A DNA stretch of 64,000 nucleotides from the NCBI GenBank assembly GCA_903877885.1, contig CAIRFN010000004.1, positions 19,869-83,868 on the forward strand, in the 5' to 3' direction. The notes beneath the pieces are model-generated. The model was given only the letters and a program-made list of their open reading frames with translations, had not been told where the DNA came from and did no database searches. Position 1 is the stretch's first letter. Each line of letters begins with the position of its first letter. Shown piece after piece: positions 56,424-64,000 of the stretch. Both the position numbers and the translations under genes were made by a program. The stretch comes from an uncultured Candidatus Berkelbacteria bacterium. Lineage in GTDB: Bacteria > Patescibacteriota > UBA1384 > UBA12157.

Positions 56424-56801
56424 ATGGAAAGTGGAAAAGTAATTTTATTGGTTGACGACGATCTCACTTTAAGAGAAATGTATGATGAACGGTTGAAGGC
56501 CGAGGGTTTTGAAATTATTCAGGCCAGTAACGGCGAAGAAGCAATTGCTAAAGCTAAAGATGTCAAACCAAATGTTATTTTGCTCGACATTATGATGCCA
56601 AAAATCAATGGTTTTGATGTTTTGAAAGATCTCAAAGAAAATCCGGAAACCAAGGATACACCAGTCATAATTTTAACGGCTCTAATTCAAGATGTTGATC
56701 GTTTGCAAGGCAAAAAACTTGGCGCCGCCGATTATATTGTTAAATCTGAAACTATGCCTGGTGAGGTCATCGCCAAGATTAAGAAAGTAATGGGGAACTA
56801 A
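56424..56801 (+). CDS. Single-domain CheY-like response regulator
   Basis: ILLVDDD..., NVILLDIMMP, TALIQ..K REC-domain pattern. Its last 43 nt are duplicated at 60840-60882. Confidence 0.85.
   Translation: MESGKVILLVDDDLTLREMYDERLKAEGFEIIQASNGEEAIAKAKDVKPNVILLDIMMPKINGFDVLKDLKENPETKDTPVIILTALIQDVDRLQGKKLGAADYIVKSETMPGEVIAKIKKVMGN
56753..56795. repeat. Left copy of a perfect 43-bp direct repeat (inside the 3' end of the response-regulator gene)
   Basis: tatgcctggtgaggtcatcgccaagattaagaaagtaatggg is identical at 60840-60882. Confidence 0.85.
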
Positions 56802-56836
56802 AAGAGAAATTAAAAAACCTGAAAGTATTAAAACTT

Positions 56837-57832
56837 TCAGGTTGTCATATTTGTAATAATTTTATTGATTTGTTCATATGCATATGCCTCATATTTTTTT
56901 TGTTTAACAAAATAATTATTGAGGAATACAAGTATTCCTAAAGCGTCCAGTAAATCAATTAATATTTGTACTTCATAATCATTTGCTGCATCAAATTTAG
57001 ATTCATCATAGGCTAATCTAAAAACCTCTAGTAGTTCTCTTGATTGAAGAGTTTTCCTAATTTTATTTATATCATATGCAATATCGCCAAACTCGGCTTG
57101 TGCATGATCCAAAAGATATATTTTTCCATTTTGATGGACTTGCCAGTTTCCGTAATGAACATCGCGGTGGCATAAACCTCTTGTACTGATCCTTGAACAT
57201 CTTTTTAAAAGTTTATTAAAGATAGTGATAATTCTTTCAAGATAATCAACGTCCAAATTTTTTTCTATTGTATGTATATTAGAATCAAATTTCGCAACGA
57301 TTTCTTCTTGGAATGTGCCAGTTATTACTTTAGGAATAAATTCTGTTCCTTGTTCATTTTCAAAAAAGGAATGAAGTTTTGCTAAAATTTTAGCCATCTC
57401 TTCGACTTGCCAATTTTCGACATTTTCCATAATGATTTTTCCAGGCAAATACTCCATGACAATAAGAGGAAACTCTAAGAATAACTTCTTTGGTTGAGGT
57501 ACTAATATCCCTTTGCTAAAAAGATATTCTCCGACATAAAAATCTATCTCGATTTTTTTAGCTTTTCTAGGCTCATGCCATTTAACAATTAATGGTTCTT
57601 GTTTTTCTATTTGGAAAATTGCAACATCATAGAATGGAACATTTTCATATTGACAACGAAAACGATCAAAATTAGTTATTTTTCCAAATTTTTCAATCAA
57701 AAATTTTTTGACTTCTTCACCTCGATCTTCGGCTGACAAAATAACATTATCCATTAATATACCTCCTCTGTTGTTTTCTGTTGTTAAAATGCAATTGAAC
57801 ATCATTATAACTGTTTTTTTGGATAATTTCAA
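56837..57832 (-). CDS. Aminoglycoside/choline/methylthioribose-kinase-fold phosphotransferase (APH family)
   Basis: Brenner motif HRDVHYGNWQV (HxDxxxxN) and a downstream D. Confidence 0.6.
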   Translation of the reverse strand: MKLSKKTVIMMFNCILTTENNRGGILMDNVILSAEDRGEEVKKFLIEKFGKITNFDRFRCQYENVPFYDVAIFQIEKQEPLIVKWHEPRKAKKIEIDFYVGEYLFSKGILVPQPKKLFLEFPLIVMEYLPGKIIMENVENWQVEEMAKILAKLHSFFENEQGTEFIPKVITGTFQEEIVAKFDSNIHTIEKNLDVDYLERIITIFNKLLKRCSRISTRGLCHRDVHYGNWQVHQNGKIYLLDHAQAEFGDIAYDINKIRKTLQSRELLEVFRLAYDESKFDAANDYEVQILIDLLDALGILVFLNNYFVKQKKYEAYAYEQINKIITNMTT

Positions 57833-57970
57833 CTTAATTTTTTATTTTATTTCATCAAAACCATTTAAGAGTGGACAGATGTTTATGTTTTGTGCTATAA
57901 TGATTGCGATTTGTTACATAAGTAACAAATGTTCTTTACAATTAAGTTTGGACAGAGGGGGTATGCGATA

Positions 57971-58690
57971 ATGTATTACGACTCGAAGGTAATAGATATT
58001 AGAAATTCTGTTGCTTCATCATTAGTCGTTCAATCTATCGACGTTAATGCTATATTTATTGATAGAATTGTTTCACGGATGTTCGCAAAGTGCAGCGTTC
58101 TTGATATCGGAACTGGCAACGGATTTGTGCTATCCGAAGTATTGAAGGTTTATATAGAACCTTGTCAACTTTTCGGTGTGGATAAATCGTTTGACATGGT
58201 GAAGCTGGCTAAGAATAATTTAGGAGAAGCAGCAATTATCTCAGAGGCTGATAATAGTTATTTACCATTTGGAGACGAAACGTTCGATATTGTTACGGCA
58301 AAAAATGTGACAAGATTTAGCTCAAGCGAAGTTTTCAGGGTTTTAAAGTCAGGCGGATATTTCATCTTTAGAGAATATGGGGCAGGAAAAGGGTTATTGG
58401 AATTAGCGAATATTTTCAAAGAGCGGCTTTTACGCTCTCGAAGTTACGATTTTTACACTAAATCATTAGCGGACAGCGGTTTCAGTGTAGTCAGCGTTGA
58501 AACATTCGAAGTGGTCCGGAGATATAGAGATGTCGAGTGTGTTATTAATATCGTGCAGAGTTTTCCTTTTATTGAGAATTATTCATATTCTGACGAGATT
58601 TGTATACGTGAATTATTTGGTGATGATGAAGTAAGCATCACATCTGATCCTTTTATTATAATCGCGCGCAAATTTACTGAAGGAGGGTAA
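57971..58690 (+). CDS. Class I SAM-dependent methyltransferase. ATG at 57971 is preferred.
   Basis: Motif I VLDIGTGNGF and motif post-II LPFGDETFDIV. Confidence 0.75.
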   Translation: MYYDSKVIDIRNSVASSLVVQSIDVNAIFIDRIVSRMFAKCSVLDIGTGNGFVLSEVLKVYIEPCQLFGVDKSFDMVKLAKNNLGEAAIISEADNSYLPFGDETFDIVTAKNVTRFSSSEVFRVLKSGGYFIFREYGAGKGLLELANIFKERLLRSRSYDFYTKSLADSGFSVVSVETFEVVRRYRDVECVINIVQSFPFIENYSYSDEICIRELFGDDEVSITSDPFIIIARKFTEGG

Positions 58691-58694
58691 TCGA

Positions 58695-59183
58695 ATGAGG
58701 AAAGTAGAGTTGCTATTTGACACTATTAGGTCGCCATATGATATTGCCCATATCATTCAGATTGCACAATCTATCGATTGCGTAGTCTATACTGCCGGTA
58801 AGAATTCCGTACCTTTCAATCATCACAAGGTTATTGGAAAAATAAGGTCCTGGAATATTAAAGGAGATATTTCTGAGATCCATTATAATACTTTTGATGA
58901 AGCCGTATATGATCTTAAGGGGATGGGAAAATTCTTAATAGGTACTTCGGGCAATGCGGATACGCTGTTTTATCAATTAGATTTTCCAGAGGAGAAAAAT
59001 ATCGTGCTTGTCTTTGGTACAGAGGCGTCTGGGTTGAATCAATCTAAACAAGAGTTGATGGACATCATAGTGAAGTTGCCGATGAATGAATCAAAGGTTG
59101 ACTTTCTAACATTACCTGTCGCTGTTTCTGCGATGGCCTATGAGTTGTATAGGCAATACAATTTTTCCAGAAGGGGGTACTGA
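58695..59183 (+). CDS. SPOUT (SpoU/TrmH/TrmL-like) RNA 2'-O-methyltransferase-fold protein
   Basis: LVFGTEASGL, the TrmH-family motif. ~160 aa, typical of TrmL-like proteins. Confidence 0.6.
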   Translation: MRKVELLFDTIRSPYDIAHIIQIAQSIDCVVYTAGKNSVPFNHHKVIGKIRSWNIKGDISEIHYNTFDEAVYDLKGMGKFLIGTSGNADTLFYQLDFPEEKNIVLVFGTEASGLNQSKQELMDIIVKLPMNESKVDFLTLPVAVSAMAYELYRQYNFSRRGY

Positions 59184-59184
59184 A

Positions 59185-60252
59185 ATGCTTACAAACAAAA
59201 CGATTTACATTGTTACCACTGGGGCAACAAAGGTAAAAAGCGTGAGTATGCTGTTGAATCAGTTCAAACAAGAAAAAGCTAATTGTGTGTTAATACCAAC
59301 ATCAATGTCTTGTTCTATGATGGATTGGGACTCTATCAACGGCTTCAATATAAGAAAGGATTATGCTGGCGAAGATAGTGAAAATCTGCCCGAAGAGGAT
59401 ATCGTAGTTGTTGCTCCTTGTACATTCAATTCCTTTTCAAAAATCGCTCATGGTATTGCTGATAATTATCCAATGTCAATATTGCACGCAGCGATAGGTA
59501 AAAATAAGCATGTAGTTATTGCACCAGCTATGAATTATTGGTATTTCAATCATCCATTAACAAAAGAGAATCTCTCTAAAATATCTTCATACGACAATGT
59601 CAGTATTGTGTATCCAGAATTTATCTACTCGAGTGACGGCAAGTTAGAAAAAATTACTATGGCACCTTGGGAAAAGATATTTGATAATGTTTGTCATAAA
59701 TATGAGAAAATCAGATATATTGATAGGAAGATTTTGTTTAACGGATCATCGTTAGTGGAGAAATACTTTTCTGAATTTTCTTTGACAGGTGTACATTTGC
59801 AAGAGAACCATTATGCGAATAGTACAGCAGGTTTTATGGCAATGAGAATTCCCGAAGGTATATTGATTACTTGCTCTGGTTCTTTAGTGGGTAGTCTATC
59901 TAGAGATGACATAACCATTATCCATGGTTGGGATAATCATGAGGTATTGTGGTCTGGAACTTCGAGGCCGTCTTTTGAGACACCTCTTGTCCTTGAAATG
60001 TTTGAAGCATTTCCATATAAAACTGTCATAGTGCATGGGCATTGTCGGGATGTTACCTATAGCCCAAAAACATTAAAATACAATAGCCTCGGCTATCTGA
60101 AATATGGTGAGTGGAATGAATTATATAAGATTAAACCAGTTTTAGAAGCTTATGGGAAGGGTATTATGAAACTCCACGGAGAGGTAATAATGGCAAATAA
60201 TTTTAAGGAAGCGTTGAATATGTATTTTGATATGTATAAAGAAACTCAATAA
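59185..60252 (+). CDS. Fusion of an HFCD-family flavoprotein domain (CoaC/EpiD-like) with a class II aldolase/adducin-like domain. ATG at 59185 is preferred.
   Basis: The N-terminal IYIVTTGATK...IVVVAPCTFNSFSKIAHGIADNYPMSIL matches the HFCD flavoprotein pattern (cf. lvvaPaTaNtlaKlAnGiaDnLl). The C-terminal half has the class II aldolase fold (VIVHGHCRD). Confidence 0.55.
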   Translation: MLTNKTIYIVTTGATKVKSVSMLLNQFKQEKANCVLIPTSMSCSMMDWDSINGFNIRKDYAGEDSENLPEEDIVVVAPCTFNSFSKIAHGIADNYPMSILHAAIGKNKHVVIAPAMNYWYFNHPLTKENLSKISSYDNVSIVYPEFIYSSDGKLEKITMAPWEKIFDNVCHKYEKIRYIDRKILFNGSSLVEKYFSEFSLTGVHLQENHYANSTAGFMAMRIPEGILITCSGSLVGSLSRDDITIIHGWDNHEVLWSGTSRPSFETPLVLEMFEAFPYKTVIVHGHCRDVTYSPKTLKYNSLGYLKYGEWNELYKIKPVLEAYGKGIMKLHGEVIMANNFKEALNMYFDMYKETQ

Positions 60253-60385
60253 TCGCATCTGAATTTGGCTGGATATAAAGAATTTTGTCCAGCCTTTTTA
60301 TATTCTTATTATTTTCATTATTTAGTGGTATAGTGAAAATTGAGGAAGATAAAAAATTTAATAAAAATTAAACATGAAAGTCTAA

Positions 60386-60811
60386 ATGATAAAGAAAAAA
60401 ATTTTAGCAATTGTTTATCGGAAAAAAAATAATAAAGAAGAAATTCTTGTACTAAAACAAAATGCTACTGATAAAATTCATCAAGCAGTCGGATTTTATG
60501 TAATTACTGGTGCAGTTGAAGGTAACGAAAGTTCGACTGATGCAGTAAAAAGAGAAATCAAAGAAGAGACAGGAGTCAAAAACATAATTAATATCCAGGA
60601 TTTAGAAACGGTCTTTGAATATAAACATCCGGCCGAAGGAGATTGTTTGTGTCAAGAATATTGTTTTGCTGTATTAGTTGATGATGAAGTGAGACATTTG
60701 AGCAAAGAGCATACAGAATACAGATGGCTATCAATAGAAGATTTTATAGAAACGGTATATTGGTATGGTGATAAATCAGATTTAAAGAAGTTATTAGATA
60801 AATTTATATAA
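60386..60811 (+). CDS. NUDIX hydrolase
   Basis: Nudix box GAVEGNESSTDAVKREIKEETGV. Confidence 0.7.
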   Translation: MIKKKILAIVYRKKNNKEEILVLKQNATDKIHQAVGFYVITGAVEGNESSTDAVKREIKEETGVKNIINIQDLETVFEYKHPAEGDCLCQEYCFAVLVDDEVRHLSKEHTEYRWLSIEDFIETVYWYGDKSDLKKLLDKFI

Positions 60812-60839
60812 TAATCTATTTGAGCAAGCAAAGCATTAG

Positions 60840-60882
60840 TATGCCTGGTGAGGTCATCGCCAAGATTAAGAAAGTAATGGGA
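60840..60882. repeat. Right copy of the 43-bp direct repeat (intergenic remnant of the response-regulator 3' end)
   Basis: Identical to 56753-56795. The next 6 nt differ (aaatta vs gaacta) before a shared taa stop triplet. Confidence 0.85.
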
Positions 60883-60894
60883 AATTAAAGAAAT

Positions 60895-60977
60895 GTCATT
60901 CCCGAGTCGAGTGGCACTCGACATCGGGAATCCAGTTCCTAGATTCCAGATCCTGCGGCCCGCCGGTCTGGAATGAC
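60895..60977. other. GC-rich structured element (nested hairpins), possibly an ncRNA, terminator complex or mobile-element end
   Basis: Outer gtcatt/aatgac pairing encloses attcccgagtcgag-tggca-ctcgacatcgggaat and ccaga...tctgg hairpins. Confidence 0.35.
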
Positions 60978-60985
60978 AATGATTT

Positions 60986-61123
60986 TTATTTTGGGCCGAA
61001 AATAAAGAGTAGAATAGTTCCGAGAACGATAAACAATAAAATAATTTCTAAAGAAACCGCGATCATTTGTTTGGCGCGGATTTCTTTTTGTAATTGCGGT
61101 GGTAAAAGATTAATGTGTTTCAT
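60986..61123 (-). CDS. PilN-like N-terminal fragment (45 aa, TM segment only), translationally coupled to pilM
   Basis: MKHINLLPPQLQKEIRAKQMIAVSLEIILLFIVLGTILLFIFGPK. The INLLP motif and TM helix match PilN. The start overlaps the pilM stop (ATGA). No periplasmic domain. Confidence 0.4.
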   Translation of the reverse strand: MKHINLLPPQLQKEIRAKQMIAVSLEIILLFIVLGTILLFIFGPK

Positions 61124-62037
61124 TCGTTTGCCTTCATAGCAAGCCCCACCGCAACGGAAAAAGCCGGGTCATAGGATTTAGTTTTGATCGCTGGCCGACC
61201 GACTACAGTTTGAGTGTGAATGCTTTGCTCTAAAGCCTCGACTGCGCCTTGGACATTGCTGCCGCCGCCGGCGAGAATAATTTTTTTAAAAATTTTGGCT
61301 TGAAGTAATTTGTTTTGATAGTATTTCATCAAATGGCTAATTTCTTGGCTTAAAACTTGAACTGACCCAGCTAAATCTGTGGCTAATTGGTCGCCACCGA
61401 TTTTAACCACCGAAGTTAAGCGAATTGTTCGATTGTCCAAGATTACCAGACTGGTGACTTTGGCGCCAATGTCAGCCATCAAAATCAATTCATTTTCTTT
61501 GGCTGAAATTAAAGCTCTGGTTAAAGCCAAAGGTTTGGTTTCAATATTAAGCATTTCAAGTCCAGCTAAATTCATGGTTTCGACTAAATCATCAACCGTT
61601 TTTTTGCTCGCCGCCACAGCCAAAACTTCAGTCGCGCCTTCGGGCGTTTGGCCCGCTACTTCCCAATCCAAATAAATTTCGTTTGCTTGCATCGGGAAAA
61701 ACTTAATCGCTTCATTGGTAATGTAACGAGTCAGTTCATCGGAACTAGCTTCGGGAATGGTTAGAAATTTAGTAAAAACCAGAGATTCCGGCAAACCTGA
61801 ATAGACAAATTTGGAAGTGATTGGTTGAGGTTTGGCTTCGGCCAAGGATTTTTTAATAATATCAGCCAAGATTTGTTTATCCTTAATGCCGTTATGGCTA
61901 AAAGAACCTTCGGGAATATTGGCGGCGTTAACGCCAATCAAATCAGGGCCTGAAACTTGGGCAATTTTAAGAGAACGTAGTCCGATATCCAAACCGAAAC
62001 CGGCTGGTTTAATTAAAAAATCGGTGAAATTACTCAT
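61120..62037 (-). CDS. pilM: Type IV pilus assembly protein PilM (actin-like ATPase fold)
   Basis: N-terminus GLDIGLRSLKIAQV and FtsA/PilM-like domain layout. ~305 aa. Confidence 0.8.
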   Translation of the reverse strand: MSNFTDFLIKPAGFGLDIGLRSLKIAQVSGPDLIGVNAANIPEGSFSHNGIKDKQILADIIKKSLAEAKPQPITSKFVYSGLPESLVFTKFLTIPEASSDELTRYITNEAIKFFPMQANEIYLDWEVAGQTPEGATEVLAVAASKKTVDDLVETMNLAGLEMLNIETKPLALTRALISAKENELILMADIGAKVTSLVILDNRTIRLTSVVKIGGDQLATDLAGSVQVLSQEISHLMKYYQNKLLQAKIFKKIILAGGGSNVQGAVEALEQSIHTQTVVGRPAIKTKSYDPAFSVAVGLAMKANE

Positions 62038-62053
62038 GATTGATAAATCTGTA

Positions 62054-62545
62054 TCATTTTTGAGGCATGTATTGATTTAAAATATGTTCTAATTCGTTAA
62101 TGGTACAAAGCAGACTTTTGATTTCCAAACCGGTTTTCTGGTTCAAAAATTCTTGGGCTTCAACGTTTGATGGGCTTAACATCACGATAGTTAAAATATT
62201 GCCATCAAGCGAGATTGGTGCCAAATCATATTGGCGAGCAATGTGTTCCGGTACCAGTTGTAAAACCCTTCGCGGTACTTTGATTTTTTTCAAATCCAAA
62301 TTAACAATGTCGGAAATTTTTTCCAGCAACGTTTCCGATTGATTATCGGCTTTAGCTTCATCGGTTAAGGAAAACATACCCAAACCTTCGATTTCCACAC
62401 TTTCGCCACGATTAACCGCCCGATTAACTGTATCGGTGATGATCTTTAAAACTTCAGCGGTTTTAGATATACTCAAGCCGCATTTTATTGAAACCGTTTT
62501 GATTAAATCGGTATATTCCATGTATTTATTGTAACACGATTGCAT
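62054..62545 (-). CDS. Fusion of an HU/IHF-like N-terminal half-domain with a type-II-secretion/T4P ATPase N-terminal (T2SSE_N/MshEN-like) domain
   Basis: The N-terminus DLIKTVSIKCGLSISKTAEVLKIITDTVNRAVNRGESVEIEGLGMFS resembles HU. The C-terminus LVPEHIARQYDLAPISLDGNILTIVMLSPSNVEAQEFL resembles the GspE N-domain. Confidence 0.5.
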   Translation of the reverse strand: MQSCYNKYMEYTDLIKTVSIKCGLSISKTAEVLKIITDTVNRAVNRGESVEIEGLGMFSLTDEAKADNQSETLLEKISDIVNLDLKKIKVPRRVLQLVPEHIARQYDLAPISLDGNILTIVMLSPSNVEAQEFLNQKTGLEIKSLLCTINELEHILNQYMPQK

Positions 62546-62573
62546 AAATTTAAAAATAAGATATCATAAAGAC

Positions 62574-64000
62574 ATGTCACTCTACCGCAAGCATCGTCCG
62601 CAACAATTTAACGATATCGTTGGTCAAGAACATATTAAAACGACTTTAGCTAATGCTTTGAAACAAGGCAGTTTTTCGCATGCATACATTTTTGCCGGGC
62701 CCAAAGGTTCAGGTAAAACGACCACCGCCAGACTTTTAGCCAAGGCTTTGAATTGCTCTGGCCGCGATATTACTCAAAATATCGAGCCGTGCGAAAAATG
62801 TATGTCTTGTCTGGAAGTAACCAAAGGTCAATCGATGGATGTGGTGGAAATTGATGCGGCCAGTAATCGCGGCATTGATGAAATTCGCGATTTACGCGAA
62901 AAAGTTAGGTTTGCGCCAACGGCGGGCAAATATAAAGTTTATGTGATTGACGAATGTCATATGTTAACCAAAGAGGCGTTTAACGCTTTGCTTAAGACTT
63001 TGGAAGAGCCGCCAAAGCATGCGGTTTTTATTTTAGCCACGACTGAACTGCATAAAGTGCCGGCGACGATTTTGTCACGGGCCCAACTGTTTGATTTTAA
63101 AAAAGCCAAAGTTGAAGAAGTGATGTCCTTGTTGGAAAGCGTAGTCAAAAAAGAAAAAATCAAAATTTCCAAAGAGGCGTTACAATTGATTGCCAGATTG
63201 GCTTATGGCGCGTATCGCGATGGTTTAACTTTGCTTGATCAAGTCGCCTCAATCAAATCCGATGGCGAAATTACCTTAGCTCAAGTCCAAGCGGTTTTGG
63301 GTCAAGCGACCGAACAATCAGTTTGGGATTTGGTCGAAGCAATCTCTCAAAAAAACCGCAATTCAGCTTTAAAAAATATTAATGATGTTTATTTTGAAGG
63401 CAAAGATTTAGCTTATTTTACAGGTGAAGTAATCGAGCTTTTACGTAAAATTATTTTGACTCAAGCGGGATTAGCAAATCAATTTGAAGTATCTAAAGAA
63501 GAAAAACTAAAAATCGAAAATTTTGCCAAGAATTTTACCAGCGCCGAATTAGTTTTATTAATTCAAAAATTATCGGCCGTGATCGGACAAGTAAAATCTT
63601 CGATTCTTGGGCAATTGCCGTTAGAGATGGTGATTTTTGAGCTGACCGAAAGTCAGAATCATGAATCAAGAATCATGAATCATGAAGAAAAAAAAGAAAA
63701 GCCAAAAATAGAAGTAAAACCTAAATTAGTAATTGAAACCGAAGAAGAAATAAAAGCTAAAGAAATCGTAGTTGAAGAACCAATTATCGAAGAAAAACCA
63801 GTCAAGAATATTGAGATCGAAAGTGATATTAAAAAAGCCTGGCCGGCTATTGTGAAAATTGTTAAAGCCAACAACAATGCCATTGCCGCGATGTTGCGCG
63901 ATACGGTGATTAAAGAAGAAACTGACGAGAGTATTTTGCTTGGGACTAAATTTAAATTTCAGGCTGATCAACTTTGCAATGTTAAAATTCGACCACTGAT
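62574..64000 (+). CDS. dnaX: DNA polymerase III subunit gamma/tau (3' end beyond the window)
   Basis: MSLYRKHRPQQFNDIVGQEH...FAGPKGSGKTTTARLLAKALNC clamp-loader AAA+ signature. No stop before position 64000. Confidence 0.9.
   Translation, partial: MSLYRKHRPQQFNDIVGQEHIKTTLANALKQGSFSHAYIFAGPKGSGKTTTARLLAKALNCSGRDITQNIEPCEKCMSCLEVTKGQSMDVVEIDAASNRGIDEIRDLREKVRFAPTAGKYKVYVIDECHMLTKEAFNALLKTLEEPPKHAVFILATTELHKVPATILSRAQLFDFKKAKVEEVMSLLESVVKKEKIKISKEALQLIARLAYGAYRDGLTLLDQVASIKSDGEITLAQVQAVLGQATEQSVWDLVEAISQKNRNSALKNINDVYFEGKDLAYFTGEVIELLRKIILTQAGLANQFEVSKEEKLKIENFAKNFTSAELVLLIQKLSAVIGQVKSSILGQLPLEMVIFELTESQNHESRIMNHEEKKEKPKIEVKPKLVIETEEEIKAKEIVVEEPIIEEKPVKNIEIESDIKKAWPAIVKIVKANNNAIAAMLRDTVIKEETDESILLGTKFKFQADQLCNVKIRPL

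Noticed and set aside
56796-60839. Search for an integrase, transposase or IS ends to explain the direct-repeat-flanked insertion.
   Set aside because: None of the five enclosed ORFs shows tyrosine or serine recombinase or DDE motifs. No terminal inverted repeats are evident. The segment is therefore reported as an insertion of uncertain mechanism, not as a defined mobile element.

Overview
This is a low-GC bacterial chromosome segment (about 33-45% GC by eye). It is compact, with many ATGA start/stop overlaps and 3 kb of dnaE on the minus strand. The gene content and style resemble a reduced genome of the Candidate Phyla Radiation (Patescibacteria). No rRNA, CRISPR array, integrase or transposase is visible.

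Housekeeping genes: dnaE, dnaX (3' end off-window), gltX, hisS, argS, a class IIb Asp/Asn-tRNA ligase, rpmA, rplS, ndk, tmk, trxB with a ferredoxin, an MraY/WecA-type transferase, an M16 peptidase, pilM with a truncated pilN, and five tRNAs (Gln-CTG, Glu-CTC, Arg-TCG, Arg-GCG, Arg-TCT).

Accessory content that seems worth a second look:
1. An arginine-themed neighbourhood at 39.9-52.4 kb: three tRNA-Arg isoacceptors, argS, an ArgE-like M20 enzyme, a NAGS-like AAK+GNAT protein, pyruvoyl arginine decarboxylase PdaD, an ATP-grasp ligase, an enolase-type dipeptide epimerase, two PLP enzymes and an alpha-oxoamine synthase. The operon is preceded by what reads as a classical attenuator: a 21-codon leader peptide with tandem Arg codons and mutually exclusive antiterminator and terminator helices.
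2. A GT4, LmbE deacetylase, GspS-like ATP-grasp ligase, C26/GATase1 amidase, small acidic protein and 2-hydroxyacid dehydrogenase cluster at 19.8-25.5 kb, which could make a glucosamine conjugate or a low-molecular-weight-thiol-like compound.
3. A roughly 4-kb insertion at 56.8-60.9 kb bounded by perfect 43-bp direct repeats that duplicate the 3' end of a response-regulator gene. Its cargo is an APH-fold kinase, two methyltransferases, an HFCD-flavoprotein/class-II-aldolase fusion and a NUDIX hydrolase.
4. Smaller items: a cNMP-binding/adenosylhomocysteinase-like fusion, a Fic protein next to tRNAs and a short tandem repeat, two Bro-N/KilA-N proteins (one DinD-like), a Phd/YefM domain fused to a long Pro/Thr-rich tail, and several conserved small DNA elements.
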